A stretch of 63,932 nucleotides of DNA, counting the filler, from Neolecta irregularis DAH-3 (taxonomy: Eukaryota), in NCBI GenBank assembly GCA_001929475.1. It is 5 parts of 5 records of this genome, joined end to end, with 100 filler letters (N's around TTAATTAATTAA, not from the genome) between each part and the next. Parts side by side here need not be neighbours in the genome. Positions count along the whole stretch, not along the records: positions 1 to 26,001 come from LXFE01001045.1; 4 more parts are not named here. One strand, given 5' to 3'. Positions 1-13,382 of the stretch are shown here, piece by piece. Numbering within the stretch: position 1 is the stretch's first letter; every line of letters begins with the position of its first letter. The position numbers and the translations under genes were made by a program. The notes beneath the pieces are model-generated. The model was given only the letters and a program-made list of their open reading frames with translations. It was not told the origin of the DNA and searched no databases.

Positions 1-299
1 GCTTCCAAGACTTCGAACTGAAGATTGTGGTATCCTAGAATCTTGTTCGTGTATGTTCGCCGTTCTTCAGTTGCAGCAATCACGTATACATGCTCAAAGC
101 CAAACGTTGAATTGTTCTTGTCAGTAGGCGACATTTTCACATAAACGACATTGCAAAGACGTAGCCATTCAGCAGTGAAATAACTACTATCAGTTAAACC
201 CAATCGCCTGTTGTACGCGAGAAAGAAAATCGAGATTAAAATAAAGGCTCTCTTTAGCCATCTATTCAGATATGAAATACGGAATGTTCGGAGAGCCAT
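1..299 (-). CDS. Partial (5' part only) type II membrane glycosyltransferase, GT25-like
   Basis: After removing two short introns it reads MALRTFRISYLNRWLKRAFILISIFFLAYF...NNSTFGFEHVYVIAATEERR. This is an N-terminal TM segment plus a motif resembling the N-S-T-x-G-F-x-x-I-x-V-I start of fungal GT25 proteins. It runs off the window edge. Confidence 0.45.
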   Translation of the reverse strand, partial: MALRTFRISYLNRWLKRAFILISIFFLAYNRRLGLTDSSYFTAEWLRLCNVVYVKMSPTDKNNSTFGFEHVYVIAATEERRTYTNKILGYHNLQFEVLE

Positions 300-1547
300 T
301 TGAAGAGGTAGAAATTGAGAGCGCATAGAAGAGCTGTAATCTCACAGCTTGTGGAAAAAAGGAGGTCTATCGTGCTAAACGATAGCTGAAACCCCAAGCT
401 TACTCGAGAATAAATTAAGCTGATAGGTAGGATGTTGAAAGTAGGAAAATATCGAGCCTAAACCCGACTTTGGGCGCAACAAGGGAGCGGTTTGATTGCG
501 ACTTTGACGATACAGTTGTCCACGCAATCCCCTTCTATGAGGAGGTGACTATTGAGATTAGCGTAAGAATGACTCAGGCACAACTGTTTGCTGGATACCT
601 GGTTTTATATTACCCAAGATGGGGGCAAATTTGTGCGAGGCGCAAGAATAAACCTTTGCTTGTTCCTAGTCTATTTTTCTGTTAATACCCTTGGCACACG
701 CAGGTTTCTACCGTCTGAAAAGCTGGGATTTGTTTGATAATATGAAGGAAAGAGAACGGGGGCCGGTTATATTCCTCTCCAAAAAAGCGTTAAAGTACGT
801 AGCTATATATCTCCGGGCAGGCTTTCTCCACGTCAGCAGAGTTAAAATAGGCAAGAAAAAGCTAAGCAAGAAATTCTTACCCCCCGAAAGCTACCTAGCG
901 ACTCCTCAGGCGTCCGCATAATCCCGATGATCGAGGATACTGCAGCGTAAACAACTGCCATATGATGAGGCTCTCCCTCTTTCCGACTTGTTGATGAACT
1001 CGGGGACTGTAGGGGGCACGGATCCAAATGAAAATCAACGATAAGGAGTGTGGGCGGTAATAGGCACGGTCATCAATGGTTGTAAAAGCCCGAGTTTCAA
1101 TTCCCTTCCTTATGTTATGCGTAACGTGCCAAGCCTCTTCAGCCACAGCCACAGCCACGGCCTGCACTTGTTGCACAAAATCTCCATATTTACGCCAACC
1201 GGAATCTTTGAATTATTAATAAACCCAGGAGTCAACTGGGCAGTATTTCATTTGTTGCTGATTGCGCTATAGATATTCCCTATTCTCTGCTAGATCAATT
1301 GTCATTATGTGGATGAATTCGGAATAAAAATCTGTTTGGTTTCTTGTCTAGGCTAAATGGTTTACAAACGATCACTACGACGGGTCAGATTATTCACGCA
1401 TTTGTCAATATATATTTTATAGCTCTTCAACTTTTCTCATTCTTCCCATCGACAATATGGCTGCAGTGGATTCTACATAGATAGTAAATTGATGCATGTG
1501 AATTTTGACTAATTTAGCGAGTTACAAAGAATTGAAATTCAACAGTT

Positions 1548-3228
1548 CTAATAATTCAACTTGTTCGCCTAAAATTAGCATGAGAGGCAGAGACTCTGGT
1601 ACCTTTTCGTAGAGTAAATCAACGACGTTGGCCATATGTTTGATTGTATCCAACGCCGCATCGTAGGCTTTCTATTCAAATCAGCTAGGCTAGCATAAAG
1701 AAGAAACAACATCTTGTCTGGGTTCATCAAATACTATTAGACACCCAGTCCCTTGGTCCAAAACACCATTGAGAATTTTATCGAGAATCATCTGGCTTAA
1801 TCTACCAACGTGAGCTTCCAACGACTGAGCAGTAAGACATACTTTCCCTCTACTTGCTCCACTGATAGTTCAATAATTCCAGCAATATGCGACAGTTGGA
1901 CATGAGAAAAAGGCTCAATGACTTTCACTAAATTCTGCTCGAGAAGAGTATCATATAGCGCTGTAAAATGAGAGCGGATTATTGGATCCCTTCGAAGTTC
2001 TTCAAGATAAGTATCGTGTCGATCTGAAGTCAAAGTACCAAGATCGTATTTTGACAGAGCCTGTTCGAACTCGGCAAGCGACCGGTTTTTATGGGCAGTC
2101 GCAATGGCTCTCATTGCTTCTACGGGAGCACCGGTATATTTTGAGGCGAGCTTTCCGTTTGGAATCGCTGTTCATGAGAAATGATTCTTGGGAAACGCTT
2201 ACACGTTACGTCATCTACCTACCATATCAGAGAGTGTCTGAAGGGACTTTACATACCGCATTAAGCATAATTTTGGACAGCAACATGTATTTTAATGCGA
2301 GAACGGCTTTCGGATCTTCCTGCGCTGAATATGCCTCTAGGGCTTCGTAAAAGTACGAGAAGCTTTAGTCAGTGTTACAAAAATAACTAGTGATAAATAT
2401 ACGCAGTTTTGTAGTCTTTATCTTCAGCGTGAAGAATTCCGCTTTGCATATCGAGACCAGCTTGAACACTAGGTGGACTAACCAGTTTATATTGTTTTAC
2501 ACAGACGACATACCAGTATATTGAGTTTGCCGAAGTTCGCGCGGATGTAAGAGCAGCCTTTCCATTAGATATCTAATTAGAAGATCTAACTGCCCTTGAT
2601 TTGGGAATATTCCTCAACGAATGATGAACGCGAGACTCGAGCAGTAACACTTCCACGAGTACCATTTTGTCATCCAGCCGTTTCAGCTCTGCCAGCAAAG
2701 TGTTGATCAAAGTAAGAGCATCTTGAAACTGCTGGTTTTCGAGGTACAACGATACCAACCTTGTTTCCAAGCTCTGTTTCAAAAATATCCGTTTCAGGTT
2801 GATAGCCCATTCGATGCAGTCCTTGGTTACCTCAATCTGGGTAGGTAGGGTTTCAGGTAGTGTGGAGAAGAGGTCGATGAGATTGCGGACTGTTTCGTTA
2901 GTTCTAGTAGGAGATACAATGCTTAGGACATACCAATCTTTGCTGTCTTTGCTTTAGTAAAGGACGAGACAAGAGTTCGCGACGAACGAATCAAGGAAGC
3001 CAGGGACTCGGTTTGCCTATAAACTCAGCTCGCACCGGCAAACAGGGCGCACTTTTGGTTTCGATATAGTTCTCCCAATTTGTTCAATGCTGATTCTTGA
3101 CGCCTGATGAGATCGTCGTCCGTGCCGGCGTCTTGGCTCAAAATAGACTTGTATAGTTGTTCTGCGCGGGCATAATCGCCGTTCTCGGCAGCGACTTGGG
3201 CGTCCTTGATCAGAGAGGCATTCACCAT
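1548..3228 (-). CDS. RPN6: 26S proteasome lid subunit Rpn6 (multi-exon)
   Basis: ORF pieces [12 protein letters not shown]...[22 protein letters not shown] and [18 protein letters not shown] (PCI domain); ATG at 3228, last exon ANKLNY*. Confidence 0.95.
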
Positions 3229-3389
3229 TTCTACGAGTTTTGGTTCTGACAAGTCTGAGACGCGCAAGCTGAAATTAGGCGCTCGCCACCAAAACTGACC
3301 CCGTCCATTCTCTTCCGCCTTTTCCTTGGTGTTTACACACCATCTTGGGCTAAGCGCAAAACCCGCAGAATATTAGACAAACCGCAATA

Positions 3390-4995
3390 ATGAACCCAGT
3401 CCAAATGCGGCCGCAACACGCGATGCCCGGCATGCCAATGAACCCGTTGCATCCCCATGCCCAGGCGATGCTTCAGCAGAATACCCATGCCATGAACCCA
3501 CAAATCCCCCAGCATTCCCCACAGCAATCCCGCAAGCGAATGGCTCCAGGTCCTCCAGTAGCAGACCCCGCATCGGCAGCTCTGAATGCGCACAGAAGAC
3601 GGAAGCCCATGGAAAAAACCATCCAAAAGAAAATTGAAGCGATCGTACCGGACGCGAAATTATATACCGAGTTGAGAGACATGGAACAAAAGATTGATGC
3701 CGTTGTTTTGAGGAGAAAATTTGATGTACAGGATGCTTTGGAACGACTGACTCGGGTGCGTGTACCAATACTTCGCGGCGCTTAAACTATAGGTCAAGAA
3801 AACTTTGCGCCTCTGGATTTCGAATACTGCGATGGATCAGCCTTGGGAGGTGGGCTCGAATTTTGACGACGCCTATGACTTCAACATTGGTCAGATTCCT
3901 TCCTTCAAACTACGAATCGAGGGAATGTTATTGGATGAAACACCAGAAGGCCAACCGCGACCTAAATTCTCATCCTATCTACACTCCCTCCGTGTCGAAT
4001 TTATGAGGCCGGAAATATATCCCGAAGGAAATGTGATAGAGGTTTGAATTAATGTATGGCAGCATTGATGGATTATAGTGGTCAAGAAATTCCGGAGGGC
4101 AGCCATTTGATTGCTTTGAAGCGAAGCGGAAAAGCGATATGGATGTTCCAACGAAAATAATTTTGCGATTCAATCAGTTTCCCGAGAAATATAAACTTTC
4201 ACCAATACTAGTGCAAATCTTGGATATCCAAGAAGAGACGAGAGCAGGTGTTACTACTGCTGTCTGGAACTATATCAAAGTTTGCTTACCCTGTTACATA
4301 ATGCTAAGTGCTCAGTTTCATAACCTTCAAGATCCGGACGACAAACGACTCATTAATTGTGATGTAAATCTTCAGCAAGTATATTACATGCTAAATTTTC
4401 ATTTTTAATTTTGAAGGCATTTGCTGTCAATAAGATTGCGTTCTCCAGAATCAGCGAAGCGTTGAAAGCCCACCTTCAAGTAATTGATCCTGTTATGATA
4501 GATTATGTCGTCAAGTATTCTTGCTATTTACTGACTTTTATTGACCGTCAAGGGTCAATACTGAATCTCACAAACTAGAACATCCGATTGATGTAGATAT
4601 CGAAGTCGAAGATCCGGATCGCGCAAAGATGGTCGCACTTCTTAATTCCATAACCAAGAATCAAGAAATTACAGCTATCGATGATGAAATTTCAACCATA
4701 CTTCAGAAACTTAACTCTTCAAAGGTTAAACGGGACTTCCTAACCCAATTCTCTAGCAATCCCGCAGAGTTCATCAAAAGGTGGATCACTTCGCAGTCTA
4801 AGGATTTGAGCATCATCATGGGTGACCATGGCCTTGGAACTCAAGATCAAAGGCGATCCGGATTCTTTAGGGAGAATTGGCTGCAAGAAAGCGTCTTTCA
4901 TTACCTTTCAGCGCTGGTCAGTTCCCTCGCGATTCTAGTATATTGAGTTCTAGGACGCTCGTCGACAGCAACAACAAATGCAGCAAAGAAGGTAA
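3390..4995 (+). CDS. SWI/SNF-RSC SWIB-domain subunit (BAF60/Snf12/Ssr3-like)
   Basis: Exons LYTELRDMEQKIDAVVLRRKFDVQDAL, LRLWISNT, PEKYKLSPIL...VWNYIK..NLQDPDDKRLINCD (SWIB) and KRDFLTQFSSNPAEFIKRWITSQSKDL. Confidence 0.92.
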
Positions 4996-5047
4996 TCAAG
5001 TATATAGCAGGTCGTTGACGGTGCATTCAACGTTGTATTAATCTTTG

Positions 5048-6437
5048 TTATTTCTTTCTTCGAATAGTACTGATCGTCCCCATCCATGGCTTCAGTACGG
5101 CTGGAAACTGGATTAAATCATTCTCCTTATCCCACCCATTTTCAATGATAGCAACAAGTAGGCGAGGTATCGCTGCTGCTGTTCCATTCAGAGTATGTAC
5201 AAATTCAGGCTTTGAGCCGTCTTTCGAATATCGAATATTCAGACGTCTACTTTGGTAATCGGTGCAGTGTGATGTCGATGATACTTCTCCGTAGTCTCCA
5301 CGACCGGGCATCCAGACCTCGATGTCCCATTTCTTGAAAGCAGGTGCTCCAAGTTCTTCTGAAGGCATTTGGATTATTCTTAATATTCAGAGCAAATTCG
5401 GATTTAATCCAAGAGACACACCTTGCATGAAGCTCAAGTGAATTAATGATATTTGCCTGTAGTTCAATCATATCATCGAAAGCCTGTTCACTTTCGTCCT
5501 TCCTGGACCAGGCAAACAGCTCAAGCTTTGTGAATTCATGAACTCTGTATAGCCCTTTTGACTCGAGGCCTCTTGAACCTGCCTCTCTCCTGAATGCTTT
5601 TCCAACTCCCACATATCTACGCGGAAGGTCTGAATACTGAAACATATGATCCTTGAACATTCCAGCCATAGGGAGCTCTGCTGTTCCAGAAAGGCATAAA
5701 TCAGTCCCTTCAATAGCGTAGACGTGGCTAGCTCGATCCCGAGGCTGAAACCCGCAACAATCAAGAATATTTCGACGAATTACGCTCGGACAAGTAAGCG
5801 GAAGGTAGCCATTGGCAATAGCCTTTTGCAGAACAAACTGAATTAACGCCTGTTCAAGAAGAACAGCTTCGTTTTTTAGGAAATACCAGGCGTGACCTGT
5901 GGTCTGAGCAGCTGATACAATATCCAGGAGATCAAAATCCCTGGCTAACTGAAAGTGATCCCTTGGCTCGTCCACAATATCCTTGCGGTCTGGTTGTATA
6001 ATTTTGATAGTTCGAGCATTTTCTTGCGGCCCTACTGGATTCAATTCTTCAACATCATTGGGAAGTGCATATGTTAATGCGGTAAGTTCTGATTCCTGCT
6101 GCAATAAAACAAACGTAAGGGTATTAATCTCAGGTTTTATTTCCCTAGCTTCTTCCAAAAGTTCCAACCTTTTGTCCTTGTCTGCCTTTTGGATCCGATC
6201 AGTTAGATTATTCCTAGCATGGTTCAATTCGTTTAAACGAGTACGATTTTCTGCGTATGTATTGTACAGGGCAATAATCCTTGGTACGCTCGCGGCAGCA
6301 TCCGGCATTTTTCGATCGATGCAATTCTTTATGACGCTGTCCGAATTCTCTTTGACAAACTTATAGTCAAACTGAAGCCCCATTGCAGCGGAAACTGAGC
6401 AATTCAGTATATTTATTCTTATGTGATTCATTACCAT
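5048..6437 (-). CDS. DIA4: Seryl-tRNA synthetase, probably mitochondrial
   Basis: Class II motifs LCLSGTAELP, AFRREAGSRG, GLYRVHEFTKLE, DIEVWMPGRG.YGEVSSTSHCTDYQSRRL and HTLNGTAAAIPR. One intron near 5380-5420; the start codon is uncertain. Confidence 0.9.
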
Positions 6438-6673
6438 GAAATTTGCGACCCTTAGTTCGTCGTAGAGAAATCCTTGCCCTGCAAGAAAAACATATTCGCT
6501 CGAGCATATTTTGCCGGAGATATTGAAATTGCACAATGTTTATGTATGCCGTCCAAGATACGTGAAATTGTGGGAGTTTAGCCTCAAAATTTGCTGCTCT
6601 ACTTCACCGCCAACATCATCTTCATTGAAAAGTTCGGGAACCTGCTCCCCATTCAATTCGAATATTAGACAAA

Positions 6674-8535
6674 ATGCAGGCTCCAGTAATAGTAATGAAT
6701 ACAACCAGCGAGCGTCAAACTGGTCGCAAAGCTCAGATTTCGAATATCACCGCTGCCAAGGTATTATTCTGTAAATCGGATCGGTCTGACAATCAAAGAC
6801 AGTCGCTGATATTATCCGGACTTGGTATGCCTTCACTTGCATCTAATGAAACCTGACTGTATAAGCCTTGGTCCTAGAGCCATGTTGAAAATGATTTTGG
6901 ATCCAATGGGAGGAGTACTTCTGACAAACGATGGCCACGCAATCCTACGAGAAATTGAAGTCTCACATCCGGCCGCAAAGAGTATGCTGGAATTGAGTCG
7001 AACTCAGGATGAAGAAGTTGGTGACGGTACAACTACCGTCATCATTCTTGGTATGGCTTGCCCTTGAGATTAACATTAATGAATGCAGCTGGAGAAATTC
7101 TTGCACACGCTTTACCCAATCTCGAACGCAACATCCACCCAGTCATTATTATCCAAGCATTTAAAATGGCACTTGCAGATGCCTTGAACATCGTAGAAAA
7201 GATTTCAAAGCCAGTGGACGTCAAGAACGACACTGAGATGAAGGAACTGATCAAATCTTCCATCAACACGAAATTCGTGGCTCGATGGAGCGAACTGATG
7301 TGCGAGTTGGCTCTGAAGGCTGTTCGAACGGTCGCCCAAGATGTTAATGGCAAGCTTGAGGTTGACATCAAGAGATACGCCAGGGTTGAGAAAATCCCGG
7401 GTGGGGAAATCGAAGAAAGTCGTGTTTTAGACGGTGTTATGTTCAACAAGGATATAACCCATCCTAAAATGAGAAGACGTATTGAGAATCCCAGAATTGT
7501 GCTTCTAGACTGCACTCTGGAATACAAAAAAGGAGAATCACAGACAAATATTGAGGTATCGAAAGAAGAAGACTGGAATAGAATCCTACAAATTGAGGAG
7601 GAACAAGTTAAGCAGATGTGTGATGCGATTATTTCAGTCAAACCGGACCTTGTAATCACAGAGAAAGGGGTATCAGGCATGTTCGCAGGAAAACCCTGGA
7701 TTGACGTATAGATCTTGCGCAACATTATCTTCTCAAAGCCAATATCACAGCCATTCGTCGCGTACGAAAGTCCGATAACAACAGAATATCTCGAGCGACC
7801 GGAGCGACAATAGTCAATCGATATGAAGATCTTAAAGAATCTGACGTAGGGACTGAATGCGGATTGTTCCACATTGAAAAATTTGGCGATGAATACTTTA
7901 CGTTCCTCACGGCCTGCAAAGAACCTAGAGCATGTACAATTCTCCTTCGAGGGCCGAGCAAGGACATTGTCAATGAGATTGAGCGGAATCTTACGGACGC
8001 AATGTCGGTTGCCAGAAATGTATATTTCCATTCGAAATTGGCACCTGGTGGAGGTGCGACCGAAATGGCCATCAGTGTTGGACTATCCGAGAAAGCGAAG
8101 ACCATTGAAGGTGTCATGCAGTGGCCCTACCAAGCAGTTGCAGATGCTATGGAAGTCATACCCCGAATCCTGGTGCAAAACTGTGGTGGAAGTCCCATCA
8201 AGATTTTGACTCAATTAAGGGTTTGATATTCTTCGTTTGCGAAACTAAATTTAAGGCAAAACACGTCGAAGGATATAATTCATGGGGTATCAATGGCGAA
8301 GAGGGCAAAGTAGTCGATATGCACGAGTACGGTATTTGGGAACCTCAAGCTGTGAAATTACAGTCTATCAAGACTGCTATCGAGGTGATATACATTCATT
8401 CAATTGTTCTGACCCTGATAGAGCGCATGCCTTTTGCTAAGAGTGGACGATATTCTATCCGGTGTTCGTAAAGCCGGGGAAAAATCGTCAAAAATGGCAG
8501 GACCTCAGGACATGGACGAAGCAGCGGAACAGTAA
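6674..8535 (+). CDS. CCT3: Chaperonin CCT/TRiC gamma subunit
   Basis: MQAPVIVMN...[44 protein letters not shown]. Includes a GC-AG intron at 7677-7711. Confidence 0.97.
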
Positions 8536-9053
8536 GTAGTATTTACCGAGAGATCATGGAAAATGCATAAAGTCAAATTTTCCTCAACTTTGTTTACAGT
8601 CATAGAATTGTGATTTCATCAGATTTTCTCGATTTTTGTACTTGGCCTGATTATTGTACTTTCCTTTCTCAGTCACCCAGCTGCTTATCTTCCCATGGGA
8701 CTCATACGTCGCCCTTGCCTGTGCAGTTGAGTATTGATTTTGCAAATCATAGAACACTTTTAAACTTCAGAATTTGAACAATGATTAATGATAACTTATT
8801 CTCCAGGATAAGACGAAAAGATTCTTCAATGGTCAATTAGTAGGAGCGATAGTCCCAATCACCTTGGACTTTTCATGTATTCTGCCATGGTTAATTTAAA
8901 ATACAGCGACTGGTAAGGCATTCAAAAGGGAAGCTTGGTAAGCGGCTAGGTTAATTAACAATAGCCAGGAACAACAATAATGTAGACTTTGCAACAATGA
9001 AGATTTGCAGGGTAATATACAGTAGTGTACAGCGATATGATGCATTATGATGT

Positions 9054-10986
9054 TCATGATTGGATTGGATCGCCTGTTGAGGACTGATCCATTTTCTTCC
9101 TCTCCCTTTCTAACGCCCTTTTCTTTCTAAATCTCTTATTTCTTCTTTCTTCTTTCTGGTCGCGTGCGGCAAGCTTCTCAGACCATGCAACATTCTTCGT
9201 TTTCTTCTTTGGTTCAACTATTTTCACAGGTTTTGGTTCAGCAAGTTCCTTCTGCCGTGCCCTCTCCCTATTCTTGTCGGAGAATGCATATGCTATCATC
9301 TTGGATTTAGTGAAAGCCCATGAAAGAAAACATACGTTGACGACTTCGTTGTCATATTCGACAATGCGATTCTTGAGTTCCGGCATGCTGGGAAGTCGTA
9401 ATAGGGCAAATTCGGATGCTAGACCTGTAAAATCCAAATCCTGAATACGAAAAATAAACGAAGCTTGATGTTTTGAATAAGCTTTAATGTATGAGACGAA
9501 TGCTTTCATTCCCTCAATAATTAGACAAAGGTGTCGATCGATGATGAATACCTTCTCATACAAGGCTCGATCCTTGCGAATGAACATTTTCAGTTTATTA
9601 CGAACAGCTTCGACTTCATCATCGATATTGTCAGTTTCGGCAAGAACTTGCCCATTGACTCCCAGTCGTGGTGATATCTCAACTGGCGTCCTCCGTATTT
9701 GTAAGAATTCTACATATTCTTCCTCCCGACCACGATTTAACAACACTACAGCTTTGCCTACACGACCAGCCCTGCCTGCGCGGCCACATCTATGAGCAAA
9801 AGACTTCGGATCTTGAGGGGGATCGAGTTGGATCACTAAATCAACATCCGGAACATCGAGTCCACGGGCGGCTAAATCAGTGGTAAAGAGAACTGCAGGA
9901 GCAGACGAAGATAAAGCAATAAACTTCTTGAGATTCCTTGATCGCATTGACGATGTTTGTTTCCCATGGAGCGGTATGAGCGCAAACTTTCTCAAGAGTG
10001 GAAGTGATGATAATAACGATGAGAAATAATCGACGCAAGCACATGTGGAAAAATAAACAATAGATTTCGTAAGATTCTCGTCAAGCGAATTGCATAGCAA
10101 GCGGACCATTTGAACAATTTTCTCCGAAGGGTGTACGACGATGCCACTCACTCGCAAACTATATGTGTCAGTACAAAGACGTCTAAAGTCATACCTGGCA
10201 GGTACGCGCTGCTCAGTGCTTTTTGTCTTGTTGATAGAATTTACTTTCACAATCACTCGCACAGGATTCCGCAGCCCTGTACGAATGAGATATCCAACGG
10301 CATCCGTCATGGTTGCACTGAAAAGGCCAGTACGTCGCTGTTTCGGGAGAATCTTTAATATCGAAGTTAAAACTTGGTGAAATCCCATGTCTAATAATCT
10401 ATCTGCTTCGTCCATGACCAAAACTTCCAAGTCCTTCACATGAACTGATTTGTGTGAGAGCAAAGCATTGAGCCGACCGGGTGTTGCGATTACTATTGTA
10501 GGTGAATCGCGATGGAAATTTGCTAGATCTTGACTGGGAGTGGTTGTTCCGCCGACAATCAACTGAGCTGATATATGACGATGGGCTTCTTCTGTCTGTA
10601 AAGAGAGAAAGGACAAGACTACTTGGTAGATCTGACTGGCTAATTCCCTGCCACGGTTAACCCAGAACTCTCAAAGAAATATTTACCTTGTTGGAGAGAT
10701 AATCAAGACGCCAATGCTGCTAGGAGAAAATTCTTCTTCCCGGCGTACCAAACGTTCGATAACAGGTATTACAAAGGCGATAGTCTTCCCAGACCCCGTT
10801 ACTGCTTCAACAACAACGTCCTTATGCTTCATAAATAATGGTATAGTACTCGCTTGAACTGGGGTCATGCTCGTAAAGCCCATCAATGAAACTGCTTCGA
10901 GGCTAAGCCGTCAGCTTCTATGTAGTCGTCAGCATCTACATCCATGGTGTTAACTGCGGATCGAGAGCCGACCACAGTGCCGCCAT
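9054..10986 (-). CDS. SPB4: DEAD-box rRNA helicase Spb4/DDX55
   Basis: [53 protein letters not shown] and the C-terminal [15 protein letters not shown] motif. Confidence 0.95.
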
Positions 10987-11142
10987 TCAACGCTTATCGA
11001 ACTGAAGTTCAGTGGTGCAGGATTAATTATCTGAAAAAAGGCCGCTAAATGAGGAAGGAAGGACAGTCACCTCCAAAAACATCATCAACCTACTCAGTTC
11101 CAACCTTTAAAACACCTCATTAACCGATTAAAAAAACACCCT

Positions 11143-12063
11143 ATGGCTGATCGAGCACGAGGTTTTGGACGCGATCGTCGTGGCCGTCGTGGCCGACGAG
11201 GAGCGAGACTAGGAGAAGAGAAGGTATCTTTGCAAGTTCCCTTCAGCTTATTCAACCAATTTAGGAATGGCAGCCAGTTACAAAACTCGGGCGACTCGTG
11301 AAAGCAGGAAAGATCAAGAGCATGGAGGAAATTTATTTACACTCACTACCTGTAAAAGAATTTCAAATCATTGATTTCTTCTTGCCTAAACTCAAGGATG
11401 AAGTTATGAAGGTATTTGTGTTTTGTTGCCAATATGCTGATGAATAAAGATTATGCCTGTTCAGAAACAAACTCGAGCCGGTCAAAGAACTAGATTCAAG
11501 GCTTTTGTTGTCATTGGCGATTCCGACGGCCATGTCGGTCTCGGTGTTAAATGTGCCAAAGAAGTCGCTACTGCCATTCGAGGTGCTCTTGTGCTCGCCA
11601 AATTGGCTGTCATCCCTGTTCGAAGAGGTTATTGGGGATCGGCTTTGGGATTCCCACATACAATTGCTACCAAGGTAAATCATAGATATCATCTATTCTA
11701 AAGGTTATTAGCTCTCTGGAAAATGTGGTTCGGTTACTGCTCGTCTTATCCCGGCTCCTAGAGGAACCGGTCTTGTAGCCGCGCCAGCTTGCAAACGTCT
11801 TCTTCAATTGGCTGGCATTACAGATTGCTATACCTCTTCCAAGGGTTCTACTAGAACCATGGGTAACTTCCTAAAGGCTTCTTTCACTGCTCTGGGGTAT
11901 GTTTTACTTCCTTGGGATTTTTTAACAGGATTAGAAACTCGTATAGTTTCCTTTCGCCCGATCTGTGGGCAGAGTCTCCTTCTACGTATGTTCCGGGTCT
12001 CACCTCAATCTAATAACTAGTCAAAATCCTCTTGATCTGTACTCGTCACACCTTAAGGTCTAA
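11143..12063 (+). CDS. RPS2: 40S ribosomal protein S2 (uS5)
   Basis: RG-rich N-terminus, [32 protein letters not shown] and IPVRRGYWG. Confidence 0.97.
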
Positions 12064-12541
12064 ATGTTACGTATTTTGCTGTTTAGTTGACGCTATAAAA
12101 ATTGTTGCATTTCCTCGCGTTGTGTTGTGAGAAGATCCTTTTATCAAATCTTGTTGTCACGATATTTTCCCAGTGTTGTACCCTATAACGAATGGGCAAT
12201 CCACAATGCTGTTCCCAATAAATTCACTTAGGACCATGAGAGTATACGTAGCCTCGTAGGTACCTGAGGTATACGTACCAACAACCACCACCAAATAGCG
12301 TCAAGTAGGCAGACGTCCCAAGAGGGCGCAACCTGGTCACCAACAAGTAGAACCAGAAAAGACAGAGCAGTATCTTCATGACTCAAAGGAAGGGGATACA
12401 GGTGAGCCAGAAGCAGCCGACTGCCCTGGTAAGTACTGTTATGCAATTCATACGTAGGCCTAGCCCGACTACCGGGGTGGATTTGACCAAGGATTCGATT
12501 GGTTCTACGCTGCCCGATTACAACTGAAGACTCTATAGAAA

Positions 12542-13189
12542 TCATGTTATATATTTTTCTACTATATTTGAATTCAGAGGCACATAAGAACTAAAATTTC
12601 GAATGATCCCGGGGTGAATAGGAATATCATCTGGTAAACCTTCATACCATCGAACCAAATTTTTTCTATACGGATGAGCTTCGTCCTCGAATGTTTTCAA
12701 TCTAGCTAATCGGACTTGACGAAGACGGTTCTTAGGTAACATTCCACTTACTGCTTTTCGAATCACTTCGCCACCGCCTATATTGATCAACATGGTCAAG
12801 TTGTTCGTTTTCACGTACCCTTTTTAATTATTAATTCGCTCATTAATATTTGTTTTAAAGAACCGGGTTTGGTGGAGTGGCTGTAATACATCTTTTGTTT
12901 CTGTTTTCTTCCTGTAGTTGTGAAATTGGCGCAATTGGTAACGACTACATAATCTCCACAGTCATCTATTTATCAGTGACTAGATTCAGCGGAAAATATA
13001 CTTCCTTGTTCGAAAATAGGTTTATGCTTGCCCATTAAAGTCATTGCAATGCTACAAGCCATACGGCCTAAAATCCGATTTGAAGCATCGCAATGATGCC
13101 ATACCCTGGAAAAAGCAAGTGCGGTCTAGTATAAATTAATTTATAACAAAGGAAAAAGGAAATCGTACTCTTCCTACGTTTTGGGACAT
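12542..13189 (-). CDS. MRPL23: Mitochondrial ribosomal protein uL13m
   Basis: [30 protein letters not shown]...[34 protein letters not shown]. Confidence 0.9.
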
Positions 13190-13382
13190 CTTTCAAACAA
13201 GTACAAGCTAACAACACCCCTTTGGCACAAGTTTTGTATCTTTTTTGATTAGGTCAGGTTTCAACGTCAAACCTCCAACCCCGTTTCACAACATTACCCT
13301 TTTTTATATAAACTATTTGTCTATTCTGCCCGCAAATATTGGTGTCACTCGCTGTCCGAATCGCTGACAGATTCGAATTTCA

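Noticed and set aside
470-1272. Several 60-93 aa ORFs
   Set aside because: No recognisable motif or consistent exon structure; most have non-ATG starts.
7042-8031. 329-aa minus-strand ORF and similar long antisense ORFs elsewhere
   Set aside because: Antisense shadow of the conserved CCT3 coding sequence, with no independent protein features.
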